This document shows, in pieces, positions 26,170 through 38,673 of a stretch of DNA of 64,000 nt. Location of the stretch: assembly GCA_010909165.1 (NCBI GenBank), contig MU008182.1:186001-250000 (forward strand), given 5' to 3'. The stretch comes from Anthoceros angustus (lineage: Eukaryota > Plantae > Anthocerotophyta). The translations under genes and the position numbers were made by a program. The notes beneath the pieces are model-generated. The model worked only from the letters and a program-made list of their open reading frames with translations, was not told where the DNA came from and ran no database searches. The first letter of the stretch is position 1. Each line of letters opens with the position of its first letter.

Positions 26170-26900
26170 CGGTGCTGTGCTACATCTTCGTGATCGTCCC
26201 TCCTTTTTGCCCATGAAGGATAGAGTGCATTTTGCAACCCGCCTCTCCGCAATCCTCTCATACATCCCTTTTGGAAGCAAATCAAGCGTGTGTGCTTCAT
26301 GTTGAGACATGTATCGACTTGAGTGGTCCATGGTCTTTGACAAGATTGTCTTGCAATTTATGAACCCTAATCAAGTTTTGGAGGAACAATGTTAGGAAGG
26401 AAGTTATTTCTAAGGACAAAAGCGCACCCCAAGTATGTCCCAAAGAGTGTGAAGGAGTCTGGGAGGCCTTTTGAAAGAGGAGCAAGACAAGATGGATGGA
26501 GTTGTTGCCCGAGCCAAAACGGGCCGCCATGAGGAGGAGCAAGGAGGTGGGAAGTAATAGCTATGCATGTTTTGGATATGGCGGAAGGGGTTTCGTTTAG
26601 AGGAAGTTTGCGAGACCCAACCATGGATGAAATCAATCTTGGCACCAATCATGGGGCTTGGCTTACAAAGTTGAAAGAGTTTTGGATCTGAACTAGAACT
26701 CCAGCTTTGGGTCCGCAAGTGGACTCAAAGGGCAAGGACAAGGCGATTAATGTGTGGACCTTGTTGAAGGATGCTATTCCATCAAGGAGTGCGAGAAGGT
26801 CATGGAGGCCATCCTAAAGCGTAATGTCATAGATGACGGTGGATGGTGGGGCATTATCTTCCCGCAGTTGCAAGACAAGCCGAGGATGCTTGAGCATGAT
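26170..26900 (+). pseudogene. TnpA-like (Ptta/En/Spm) ORF remnant of CACTA II
   Basis: Homologous to 53690-54430 (-): KDRVH, PKYVPKS, CFGYGG, GPQVDSKGKDKAINVWTLL. Confidence 0.55.
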
Positions 26901-28486
26901 TCTGTTAGGTCGTTGTCCGTGACTATTGTGTCTATTTTGTGATAGCCTGAAGTTCTGTGAACTTGAACCGATTTAAGTTTGTGGTTTTTTTTGGCGGTGG
27001 CAAACCTTTGGGGGGTCTTTGAGTTGAGGTGGGTGGAGAAAATTTTAGATGCCCTGTAGCATGTAGGGGGCTGAGTCTAATATATTGTAGGATGTAGGTG
27101 CAATCACAAATTCTGACTTAACCCACACACCCGCCTAGCACCCCTTCATTTTACTACAACAGAGTGCACTTTACTACAAAGAATATAAATTTTACTTTAC
27201 TATCCCTGCTTACTTCAGATTTTACTACGCCTTATTTTGCAGGTGTTTACAACGCCCGTTATAACTACTTCACTGATTAACCTAACCATGGTTACATAAC
27301 TATGGTTTATAAACCATCGTTATTTAACTTCAGTTAATAAACTTGAGTTAATTCACATTGGTTACTTAACCATATTTTATTAACCATGATTACAGCTTGT
27401 TGTAAATGTCGTAGATCAGTAGTAATTGTTGTTGTAAAGTGAATCGTAGTTAAACCCTAACTCATGTACGGTCAACTCAGAAGTACATCGTATGTATGTC
27501 ACATAATACGGTATAGCCATGGTATACGGTGTGAAGACATTACCACGGAAATTAACGCTATGTGTTTACAACGGGCATTTTACTACAAGTGTAGTAATTT
27601 TGTAGTAATGTCCGTAGTAAAGGACACGTTTTCCTAGTAGTGACTTGAGTCATCATGATGCTTGGCTGGCACGCGTTCCTCAAAGTTGTCGGAGGCACGC
27701 CGGCCCGCGAAAGGAATGTGACACCATGCATGTTCCTGGGCGTCAACTTACCCGGGCCATCATCGCGGCATGTGCAATATGCGAAGACGCCCGCCTCTCC
27801 AATCCATACATGGCTCCCAAGGGAGCCGGCGAAACGACCTCCAAAGGCTCGGTTGCGCAATGACCCGAGCCTTGGAACAAAGGCCGGTGGTCCTCCATGA
27901 GGGTTCAATCGGACGAGTGAAAGTGTGGCGATGCGAAGCCGGGGTGAAGGACCGTCGATGCTCAGGCGCTTTGGGCGCCAACGGTTGGGGCGTGAAGACG
28001 CCAACCACCTACTTGCGAGACTGTGCCGTAGCAGGAGGCAAGCACAATTGTCTATTGATGTCTTTGGAGTTTGCCAACGAGCCACCATATGTGAATGGAA
28101 TAATCGAAGGCCTCAGGGATTCGAGGCGGTGAAATGGAGTCGAATGCGAATGCATATGGACGAGGCGCATTTTACATTTGGCGAATACTTTATCGCTCGG
28201 GTTGTGGGATGCTAGGGTTTTGGATGGCTCTCCACGGAATCGGCGAGACACGCTCCTCGCCATGCACACCGGGTTGAAGAAACAGCGAGAATGAATGACT
28301 AGGAGCTTGAGTCTAGCAAGAAAAGAATTGTCCATACATGCTCGAATTGATCCAATTTGGAATGTAGACGGGGAGTTGCTTAACTGCGGATTGTAGATTT
28401 GTTATGGGTGCTATGGCGATGGTAAGCCAAGCCATGCTTAGCTACACAGAAAAGGTTAAGCTTAGGTGACCTTTTTTCTTTGACAC

Positions 28487-31400
28487 TGTGGAATGGGTTT
28501 TTGCATCCTAAGACGCAAAGAGGCCAGCATTTACCCTCTATGTCGTTATAGTCCCAGGATTCGATCCCAAGGAATGGTTTTGTGTCAAGATGTTCTAAAA
28601 CTATGGATTCTAGACCTACCCCTGGCCGATCACTACCCCCTCTCCCTACCACTACCCAAAACCCACCACTGGAAGACTCGCCACCGCAGCGGGTCGGTTC
28701 AACCACCGTGGGCGGGTCCCACTCACGCTGTCAGGGTGACTATTTGTCACCACTCTCCGGCACCTTGGGGTTGGGGCACACACACATGCCCTCACTCCTG
28801 TGAATTTCCGCTCGATCCTTCCCGGAGCTATGCACACAGACCGCGCGCCACTCCCGCCACCTCCCCGCGATTCCACCACTCACTTCCACCTCCCCAACCA
28901 TTTCCGATTTTCCCACACGCACACAATCCCTCACAACAAGACTCATCACCCCTTCGGGACCTTCCTTCCTAAAACCTCTCTCCCTCCTCAGGCACATGCA
29001 CCCCACCTTGGGCCATGCACTCACACAGACCCACCTTGGGCCACAGACTCTCCTGAATAAACACGTGGCAGCTTGGGAAAGAAGATCGAAAGAAAACACT
29101 GCCGCTTGGCGATTTGGCCTCCAGCCTCAACCTCCGCTGCAACCCCTACCTCTTCCCCACGCCACACCCCCTGCGTGAGCTTGGCCACCCGCCTCGACCA
29201 TCCAGGATCTTCCCGCCTTCTTGTGACAGAAAGCGGTGCATCGAACGAGTTTGATGCGATCGACGCCTCCAACCAACCTCGCATAGCTTCAACACACGGA
29301 AGTTCACACCGAATTGTCAAGAGAGACTCAAGGGTCTTATACATTCACCGTGGATTTCCACACCTCACTCCTACCAAAGGTTCAGAAAATATGGCCCACT
29401 ACCACGAGCGCCTCCTACCAATTCAGAAACTACAGCCGTCCTCAAAACATCCTATCCCCTACCCCAAAAGAAGCCTGGCCTATGATGTCGCCCCTAAAAT
29501 CAGCTGCTGGGTTGTCGCTTAGCCTCGGCCGGGGGTTCCCTGCCTCGCCCGCCACGCCCGATCCGAGCGATTCTCCCCAAAACCTCCACTCACTGCCACC
29601 GCTCGCAGCTTTCTGCCTTCCATGGGCGCGGCCTATAGGCCCTATGCCCGTTATTCCGCCTCATGGACAGCCACACCGTGTGCTCCTCCTCCACGCCTCC
29701 GCCGCCATTTCCTCGATCACCACTTGGGGGTAGGCCCCGCCCTGCTCGAAGAAACGCCTGTGGCGGCCAAGATGTGCCCAATAGTTTCGCCTCCCCGCCC
29801 CAACAACCACATACACATTTAGAGTGAGCACCGCCACCATGCGTGTGCTGTGACATGAGCATCCTCATCCAGACGCAGAGCACAATACGCCTTCCTGAGG
29901 TTCTTACCTCTCCTCCGTGGACAATCCCGAGCCACCGCCCGAATCCAGGGGATCGATCCACCGCAGCCTCGCTGGACTTCCCCACCGGTTCCTCCTTCCG
30001 CGACGGTGGTTGCTTTAGCCACCGTGGTGGTAGTTTCCACTGGTGGCTTGCCAGGTTGCCGTGGCTTCTTGGTTTGGCCATCTCTTGACTCGCCCTAGCT
30101 TCATCTCTCTCTCGCCATATCTCTCCGCCACCTTCTTGAATTTCTCCAGAGGCGCCATTGTTTCCATTGTTCCCGGCTCATGAGACCTCATCTTGAAGCT
30201 CTCAATCAGGCATGCGCCTTGACCTGATTCACTAAGGCCTCCTGCTGGGTGGACATGGCCTTCCCTCGTGCCTTGCATAGGGCCGCCTAGCATTCTGCCT
30301 CAAGGCCCTCCCCACCTTGTTCTCGCCTAGGCTCTCCAACTTCTCCTTGAGCAACTTTTCCTTGGCCTGCACTCTCCCAGTGAGAGCCATCCTGGTCGAG
30401 GAGATCCGCCTGCCTCGAGCCATGGTCAAGTGGCCCAGATTCTGGGCTGCCCCGTGCCCATTCCTCCACAACACCGACGCGAGTGTCACCTGCCTCCACT
30501 TCACCGGACGGGTCAAATGTCGCCAAAATGTTGAGTCTTTGACTTGGCTATCGAAACTAACCTCTTCTTCTAGGGGTTGGTTTGCCACTACTTCCTCATC
30601 CGCCTCCAATCTCTCCTAGCGGCAGACTCCTCCCCTGACCCGAGAGGGGCAACAACTTGTCTTCCTTTATTTTCTCCTCCTTCACTGCTCGCCGATTTCG
30701 ACCGTGACCCTAGGTTGTGGGTTCCTCTTCTGGCCGTCCTTCCTTCTTCGCCGACCCCTGCTCACCGCCGCCTCCGCTTGCCCTTGGAAACCTCCCCACC
30801 TTCATCCGAATCTTCTAGGGAGGCGATTCCCAACCGGAATCCTTCCTAATCCTCCTCCTCCTCTACCTTGAGTTCCCGACCGCCCAGCCCATGAAGGGCG
30901 CATACGCCCAACTCCGCTAGACACCCGAATGCGCGAATACATGAATTAGAAAAGGTGAAATCAAGGAGGGCCGAGGGGAGAGCAAATTCGCCTCTCCTCC
31001 TGTGCTCTTCAAAGATCATCCGCCCCCAATCGATTTGTGTACCTTTAACCACCTCATGAAGAAAGACCGTGAAGTGGTCCGCCATATGATCCAACTTCCG
31101 CTCAGAAACACAAAATCCACTTGGCTAATCCCAGCAGACACGAGTTGGCGAGTCACCCATCCATTGTTCACCCTCACTTCTCCAGGCTTCATGAGCGCAG
31201 CCTCGTGGTCTTCTTTCTGGGGTCAATTACCAAGCTTCCATCCTCCGATGCTTCCATATACATCGCCGAAAGAGTCCCAAATCCCGCTTTGGCCTCTTCC
31301 TCCTCCCTCTTGCAACTTGGTTCTCAATTGCCGCACTCTTGCACCAATGTCAATGTCAGAACACCATTTCTTCTCCATAAATTCCCCAGCTCCGCACCAG

Positions 31401-32088
31401 TCGCTCTCACCTTCCAAAGGGTCCATGTTGGGCCACCGCATGGTGGAATTTCACCAGCCTGGGCGCCATCTCCTTTCTCCTTGTTTCTTCAGAAAGAACC
31501 CGACCTCCCGCAGACGTCGTGAAGGGAACACCACCGCACGCCTCCTCCACTCCTGCGCGCCTTGCCTCCCCTCTTTTCCTCCTTCGCTACGCTACGCCTG
31601 GTTTCCTTCCTCCGCCACCGCTCCGCTCGACCGCCACGCGACCGCAACAGAGACTCCCAGGCGCGGCTGCGCCTGCCGCAGCCCGCCCGACGCCCGGAAA
31701 TTCGACCAGGGGTGTGTCCGCTCGCTGCGCCCGACTCGCCGCCTCCGCCACTAGGGTTGTAAACTCCCCGTCTCAGACGTCCTGCTCTTCGCCACCGTGG
31801 AACTGCTACCTCCCGCTTGATCAAGAATGTGGCAAGGCACCTAACATATATAGACACTTTCTTATTTCTAAAATCACCAAAACCCAAGGACTCTATCTCC
31901 GACCTACCTATCCGGGTCGAAAACCTAAGGTTCAAAAAGAAAATTATTATCCCAAGGGCCAAGGACCATTCTCGTATAAAAGACCTTACCCAGCGATTCT
32001 CAAAGCACTTTGCTATACAAACACTCCCAAAACAAAAAATCGCTCATCCCGACACTGTAGAGGGGTTAGTGTATATGTGGTCTCCACA
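28487..32088 (-). mobile_element. Solo-LTR-like insertion, 3,602 bp, carrying an accessory ORF
   Basis: Termini TGTGGA...TCCACA with 5-bp TSD GACAC/GACAT (4/5 match). Flanks rejoin in frame as FFFDT|SIRGKALLLAKYMLYELCESP. Confidence 0.8.
29500..31469 (-). pseudogene. Accessory ORF homolog (Transposase_32-like) inside the solo-LTR-like insert
   Basis: ATG at 31469. DHMADHFTVFLHEVVKGTQIDWGRMIFEE aligns with DHMGDNLLVFLHALMRGKRADWGRIIFAR in the 51579 ORF. The 3' boundary is approximate. Confidence 0.6.
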
Positions 32089-33049
32089 GACATCGATTCG
32101 TGGGAAGGCATTGCTCCTCGCAAAGTATATGTTATATGAGTTGTGTGAATCGCCATAGGAATGAAACTAAAATAGAGATTTAAAATGTCCTCAATGGAAA
32201 GCGAATGTGGTCAGAAACGGCACCCGTTATGCCATAACAAGAGATTACTTGAAGTGTAACAAGACATGCACGCCATCAAAATGCCGTGTCTCTGACCACC
32301 ACCGCTACCTGTCTGCATGCGTGAAGCGGGTGCATGGGGTTTTGTGTGTGGTCATTTGAAAGGCAGAACATTTATCACAAGCCATCACAACTTCACTCAA
32401 ATCTTATCGCATCTCCGCACCACCGCCGACGGGACTAATCGATGGCCTACCATGGACCAATTTTCCTGGTGTCATTTCAACAACGGGCGAAGAAACCAGG
32501 TAACCGGATGGTCCGCCGTCTGAACCCCGACGCCTTCCATACGACCCAGGCGAAAGCCACACATGGTTGGCGCACTAAGTCACTAAAGGTGGTCGGCAAC
32601 ATGAGGCTAATGGTCAGAACATGGCGTGGCGGCGCTGAGGAATTCAACCTCCCATCTCCGCACACCGACTTGCACGCCGAGTGGGGGATACACCGATCAC
32701 CATGGAGTTCCCACACCAGACACGGTAAGACCACGCGATCCCATCTCATTCCAAGCGAGTGTCCGATCCAGAAGCCCATGACAATCGATGGCGCAGTATT
32801 CGATTTCCGACGCGGACTATCGGGCAAATGGCAATGCAACTGTCATCCGGAGGCGAAGACGAAGGCGTTTGCCACCACAACGCTCACATATACCCACCCG
32901 ACGGCGCGTGATTCGCAGAGGTCAAGGAAATGCGCGATCCGACCTCAGTTGGCGGCCGCATTGCATAATGCTTGGGGTCGGAGCTTTGTTGCGGCGGTGG
33001 GCAATCAAGGGCATGCGCATCAGAAATGGGCCACCTTCGCTTGACCACA

Positions 33050-34200
33050 TGGACAACACGCACTGCCATGTTTGGTGAGAAAACATGGAATGTCGGGTTC
33101 GAGAGCGGCCCATCCATGGCACCCGTGGCAACGCAAACCTCCCGGGATGAGGAAGTGGAAGGTGGAGGCGTTGGCAAGGTGAATGAGTTGCTATTCGGGG
33201 CTTGACACAAGACACAAGGAATTCTTGAACTCATTCGGACAAAGGCTACCAACGAGATACTGTAGGTGGAGCGAATTGTCAAAGTCGAGGAGGAAGACAT
33301 TATGAAAGATGTGCTCCTGGACTTGAAGGGCAAGGCTGCCCATTTTTTAGCCAACATACAAGGAGCTCGGAACCAACAGTATGTAGACGCACCAAGGCTT
33401 GTGCCTTAGAGGAAAACAAAGGGGAAACAGTCCTCGAATTCAAGCCACCCATGGCGGATGACAAGGTATGGCAAGAGGTGCTTACATGGGCACGGGTTGA
33501 ACTGACAACATGGCAACTTTTGCCCTCCAAAGCTCAACTACCGCAAAGGCAAGACTCTCAAGGCGGATGGCGACTAAACCAAGATGGCGTGGGAAGAAGG
33601 GATGGATCTACAAGTTCCAAAAGCATGGGAGGGATCCAACGATCGAGGAGCTTGAATTTGGGGCTCTCTATGAAAACATAACCGAACCGTGGGTCGGCAG
33701 AGGCCGGAGGGTCAATGGAAGGATTTCGCACGAGCTAAGAAGGAGGGAAGGAAGCGGAAATATGACCAAACATCAGGATATACTAGATCGGACCGGGAAC
33801 ATGGGTGATGACGATGATAGCGGGAGGAGGATCAAGAAGGAGGTAATGGTGTGTTTGAGGACCATATGTCAAGTGACGCACGCCCGAGGACGACAATGCC
33901 GATGACGAGAATGGGGATGTCGAGGGGGAAGATGGGCAAGAAGGGGAAAGAGAAGGGGAAGAAGAGGATGAGGAAGAGGACAATGGGGAAGAGGACGAGG
34001 AGGATGAGAACGAGGGAAGCCGACTGAGGAAGAGGAGGGTCATGCGGAAGACGGCACAGAGAGATGGAGGCAGTCGCTTGATGATGGAGGATTCGACACG
34101 ACAAAGGCACAATTCCAGAAGAACCGAGGTCGTGACGACCCCAACACCGCAAGGGAAGGGAAATTCGCCGAGGAAAGGGGTGGCCCCACATATGGAAGTG
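33050..34200 (+). pseudogene. TnpA-like ORF remnant of CACTA I with acidic tail
   Basis: PPMADDKVWQEVL...GKKGWIYKFQKHGRDPTIEEL parallels GGQKQFMDRFKAKFDRQATFEEI of CACTA III; lies downstream of TnpD. Confidence 0.5.
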
Positions 34201-35309
34201 CGAGTAATAACAGCTCAAAGGAAAGACGTATGGGGAAAAGCCGGTCATGCTTTGTAAGATTGGTGTTCGATTGGTCACTTTCTTGTGATGCATCATCGCT
34301 GTTTGGTGTCCGTATGGGGAGAACCATCCTTCGCAAAGCCGGATCATGCACCGAGAAAGACGGCCGAGCGCAAGGCACACCGATCGTGTAGAAGGTCGCG
34401 ACGGAAAAGGCCAAAGGCCGCAAACGCATCCCGAGCGACAAAGCCACAAATACCTTCATGATACGGATTAGATAGCCATATGCATATGGCTTATGGTGCA
34501 TGGCCTGGCCATAAAACATGATACAACGATTTACAAATGCTCTGGAATTAATGCTTTTATTCTACATGCTGTATGCCAAATATGCAGAACAATACATATA
34601 ATCGTCGTACATACAATCCCCATACATTCAAATACGTCAATATGTTTAATATAACACGCTTCCATTAAAAATAAGTGGCGGTGGCAATACCGTCAAATGA
34701 CACTTGTGAAAAAACAAGTGTGAAGAAATCGATACGATGTGTGGCATCCATAAAGGGCATCCGGTCCACATTCATCGGGGTAATGATGGCGCATGAATGT
34801 GGCATGTGCACATAAATGTGTGCGACGCCCCCTTCATGTCGAAGCGGGCAAACCAATCCCCGCTTAATATGCTCACTAACCCGAGGCCCAACCGCTCAAC
34901 CGTTAACGAATCGCCTTCTAACAATTTAATTGTAACGATTTCTGGCTCGGGGACCAAAACCAGAACACTATAATGGACATTATAATGTAACAATAGGACG
35001 TATATATGTTACAAAAAAACGTGACATACCCACCTGGTTCCTAGTAGTGGCGGTGCGGTGGTGGAGAGCTCGGAGATTCGCAGCGGACACACGATACGAC
35101 TACGGAGTCCCCCACACCATTCAAGGTGTATGCGACGATGATGAACCAACAAAGACCTAGTATCGCTTCGCAACAGAGATAACCCGGCACGCAAGAGGTC
35201 CGCGGCCATCAAGGAGACGCAACCACGACGAGGCACCCCCGTCCGTAAGGCCAAACCGGTGGAGGTAAGAGTGGTATCCCACACGGACCCAGGAGCGTCG
35301 GTAGTTTAG

Positions 35310-35687
35310 GTGGAAATCACAGGATGCGTCATTAAAAACGTGCCCCTAGACACGGGTTCGGGGGTCAACCTTATCACGGAGGCCACGGCTCGACGCTTGG
35401 GGTTCACTGCGTTTGAACCCTCAACCAAAACCCTAAGGATGGCGGACATGTCAAGGCGCGCGCCTGTGGGAGAGCTGTCCGGAGTTCAAGCCAACATAGC
35501 AGGTGCACCATACACACTAGATTTCGTGGTCATCAAGCCCGCAGGACCCTTGGGATATGAGGTGCTGTTGGGATGCCCCTGGCTCGGACTCGCCCAAACG
35601 AAGCTGCACTTCGGCAGGAAGGAAATCCACTTTAAACCAGTGGACTGGGATCCGAAGGTAAGGGAAGGACGGGTGGCGATCACCTAG
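35310..35687 (+). CDS. Retroviral-type aspartic protease of Gypsy A
   Basis: VPLDTGSGVNLIT and YEVLLGCPWL. Confidence 0.9.
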   Translation: MEITGCVIKNVPLDTGSGVNLITEATARRLGFTAFEPSTKTLRMADMSRRAPVGELSGVQANIAGAPYTLDFVVIKPAGPLGYEVLLGCPWLGLAQTKLHFGRKEIHFKPVDWDPKVREGRVAIT

Positions 35688-36059
35688 AGCAAGGACACAT
35701 ACTGTGGGGAAACCGTAAGCACCACTGAAGGGTACACCTCCGCCGAGGATAGTGGGGACGATGAACGGGAGGATACGGACGAAGCCTATCCTTTCCCCAA
35801 AATTTTGTGGTCTGAGGAGGAGATGGACTATCGGAGGGATGCCTTTGAGCGGAGGTTGTCGACTGCTTTCGGATGGACGCCGCGATGAGTCAGGAGGACG
35901 GTAAAAGAGAGGAGGGTTCCACGGATGACGAAGCGGCGGAACCTGAAGAAGTGACCTGCTTCACCTCGGACGAACTTTTCCGGGAGTGGGGAATGCACGA
36001 AGATGACCCTCGGGTGGAGGACGAGGGGTTTGAACGTAGTGAGGCTACGCAGGAGAGGG

Positions 36060-36268
36060 AGACAGTCAACCCGGACGATGTGGAAGATGTGGAGGTACGA
36101 CCAGGCAAGTCCTTAAAGTTCAGGAAGGGGATGCCAACAGAGTTGAGGCAGGAGCTTACACAGCTGTTGGGGGAATTCAGTGAAGTATTTGCTTTCAAGG
36201 TCACGGACATGAAGGGTATCCCGAAACAGCGGGGAGAACACCGGATAGACCTGAAGCCGGGTGCGGTG
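36060..36268 (+). pseudogene. N-terminus of reverse transcriptase of Gypsy A (Athila/Tat-like), truncated
   Basis: ELTQLLGEFSEVFAFKVTDMKGIP...EHRIDLKPGAV. Confidence 0.8.
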
Positions 36269-37316
36269 TGTCGCACGAGGTAAGCACTTCCTCGACCAAC
36301 AACCAAGCAAACAAATCTAATACGCAGATATATAGGAGCAACAAAACCTCTCCTGAGACACAATTGCAACGTTAGGCCTGGCGGCGCTTCCCAGCTGTGG
36401 CCAATTTTCCCCAAAAGTCCTCCTTCCAGGGCAAGGCGCCGTCAGCGAGGTGGTCGCGGTGCTCCTCCTGGCGTCCTTCCTTCCACAATCGCGAGGTCAC
36501 AGGCGCCCCAACTCGGTGCCTCCTGTCCTTGACCTCCGCTTCCAGCACTCGCGACACTCAACGCGCTCCTCACCACCTCACAGTGTCCAAGAAGCTCCTC
36601 GGTGCTCTAGAGCGCTTGGTGCCTGCCTCCTCTTCTTCTCCCTCGCGCTTCAGCCAGGGCTCCCTCTCCGCTGTACCGCCTTCCTCTTGTTCGCAAGTAG
36701 CGGCAATATAAATGGTAGCCTCCTTTCCTTCTTCTTCTTCTTCTTACGCCCGCCTTCAAATTGGTGGCAGGTGAAGCGGGCGCCGCTGAATCGCACTTTG
36801 CCCTCCTTGGATGGCTGCCACCTGGAGGTCTCTCAACCCTAGATTGGATTAACTGTCCTAAAATACCCATTTCTGCCTAAGTTGCCTATTTCTCTGTCCT
36901 ATTTGCAGCCCCTAATTAATTACCTTCTAATTAATCCAATCTATTTATTCACCTATTGGTGGGCATATATAGTGGATATCCCTTTATTCTAATTTTCCTC
37001 CCTGTTAGCGAGACTTCATTCGTCACCTACCGCGTAGTTCCGCTCTTCTCCTCGACCTACGGCATGGTGTGGCACCTCACGCCAGGGGTCCACCCTCCGC
37101 CTCTAGGCTGCCTTTCTATCTCGCCCAAGGGTCATTTCGACCCGTTTCTTCTCCCTGGGATATCCTCTCTGCCTTCCTAACATTATCCTACAACTCCAGC
37201 TTCAAAGAATTCAGAAAATTCCCGGCATGCTCCCTTCCAATTGATTTTAGCCAAAAAAATCAAGTTCTCTTCCTCCGGCTCTTTTGGGCTGGTTGCCCAA
37301 ACTTTTGCATTCCACA
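36269..37316 (-). mobile_element. ~1.05-kb LTR (TG...CA)
   Basis: Begins TGTCGCACGAGG and ends TTGCATTCCACA. ~36950-37316 is homologous to ~43285-43612. No matching TSD. Confidence 0.7.
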
Positions 37317-38029
37317 CATGTTGGGAGAAGCATCCGAATCGCCTACGGTTATCGAAAAGCAACCCCGCCAATGCATCCGCCAACCTCATCCACAAAATCA
37401 AGAGCAAAGGCGCCTGTGAGGAGGCACTGAAGTCCCGTGGACAAAAGAAACGGAAGCATCAAAGAAGACGATACTATGGCACGCCTTGCAAAGCCGGAGA
37501 AGTTGGTGCGAAGGCGAAGATCAAGATCAGCAGCTCATCATCGAGGACTAAGAAGATGAGCACAAGCTTGATACATGGCGATCGTGACCAGATCCAAGGG
37601 CAGGAAGAAACCTCCGCAGCCTACGAGAAGATAGCTCGAGGAAGAAGAGGATGTCTGACACCGCAGGCGGAAGACAAAGGAAGCTTCGGATCCTTCCCAA
37701 CCTATGCCAAGATGCCAAAGTCGCTTGAGCCATTGCCGGAGCAACTGGGAGCAACATCAAAGTCCAGTGGGCGATGTGGAGAAACCCATGCACAGATTGT
37801 TGACGAGACGATGGCACAAAAGCTGAGATGCCATGTTTTGTTTACAAGACATGGGGTTGAGCGTGAAGGAAGTCGTGGGTTTGACTCTGGATGTTGACAA
37901 CCCTTGAAGACGAAGCAAGTGTCCAAGATTTGCCACAGTAGCAATGATGTCATTGCCGACCTCCCAACCAAGCATCTCCGTGGAAAAGCAAACACGAGTG
38001 GCTTTGGTCAACAATCGGGAGAGGCACAT

Positions 38030-38300
38030 TGAAATCAATGGATTCGCACAAGGAGGGTGTTGATTGACACCGGAGCACGTCGTTGGAAGAAGAGTGAAGG
38101 AAGCTGGGTCTCCACCAAGAAAGGTTGAAGGAAACCAAGTGGAAGATCCGCATCACCGGGACCACGGAGCATGTGTTGGGGTGACAAGGCATGTCAAGGT
38201 TTCATTCAAACCAAGAAGCAGACTTCACCTTTGTCGAGGTACACCGCTGGTCACCGATGCGTATATTTGATGTCTTGGAGCGGACGCTTTGTACAAACCG
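38030..38300 (+). pseudogene. Aspartic protease of Gypsy B, frameshifted
   Basis: RRVLIDTGA (DTG at 38066-38074) and a downstream FDVL.GADALYK-like segment near 38266-38297. Confidence 0.75.
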
Positions 38301-38673
38301 AGTCATGGTGGATTTGTGGACGAGATGCTATCGATCAGCCGAGAAGCCGGAGCAAAACCGATGAACGGATTGCCCGATCCCTCTACACGCATGGCAAGGA
38401 TCATGAGAACCTCATTGCCAGCCTACCTAGTGTCAGAGGTGAAGGACACGCCATACGTGCTTGAACCTCTTTGGCGTGTGTCTAACAACCGCACCGACGA
38501 TGGAGGATTCACGAGGAGGAGGAAGACAAGCTAGTTGCTGCCCACCCCGGAGGAGGTTCTTCAAGTCACCGACAGAGCTAGTGATCGCAGAATGAGCCGT
38601 AAAGCAAAGTGGAGGATGGTGCAATAGGACTAGTGTCCTATGACCCGAGAATCACTGAAAGTTCTTGCCTAGG

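Larger units (their letters stand above)
22349..27642 (+). mobile_element. Nested CACTA element II, 5,294 bp, non-autonomous (no TnpD)
   Basis: CACTACTAGGAAA at 22349 and TTTCCTAGTAGTG ending 27642. TSD ACT at 22346-22348 and 27643-27645. Dense subterminal TTTACAAC/TTTACTAC repeats at both ends. Confidence 0.95.
10370..35049 (+). mobile_element. CACTA (En/Spm) DNA transposon I, 24,680 bp including nested inserts
   Basis: Left end CACTACTAGAAACCTGCTGCGTATGTAACGTTTTTT. Right end reverse complement CACTACTAGGAACCAGGTGGGTATGTCACGTTTTTT. 3-bp TSD GCG at 10367-10369 and 35050-35052. Internal TnpD transposase. Confidence 0.93.
10064..36268 (+). mobile_element. Ty3/Gypsy element A (gag, protease, start of RT), split by the 24.7-kb CACTA
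   Basis: Gag-like frame MAEDPAKEG...DPEVVRPQR at 10164-10369 resumes after the TSD at 35050, followed by protease and RT start. Truncated at 36269 by an LTR. Confidence 0.7.
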
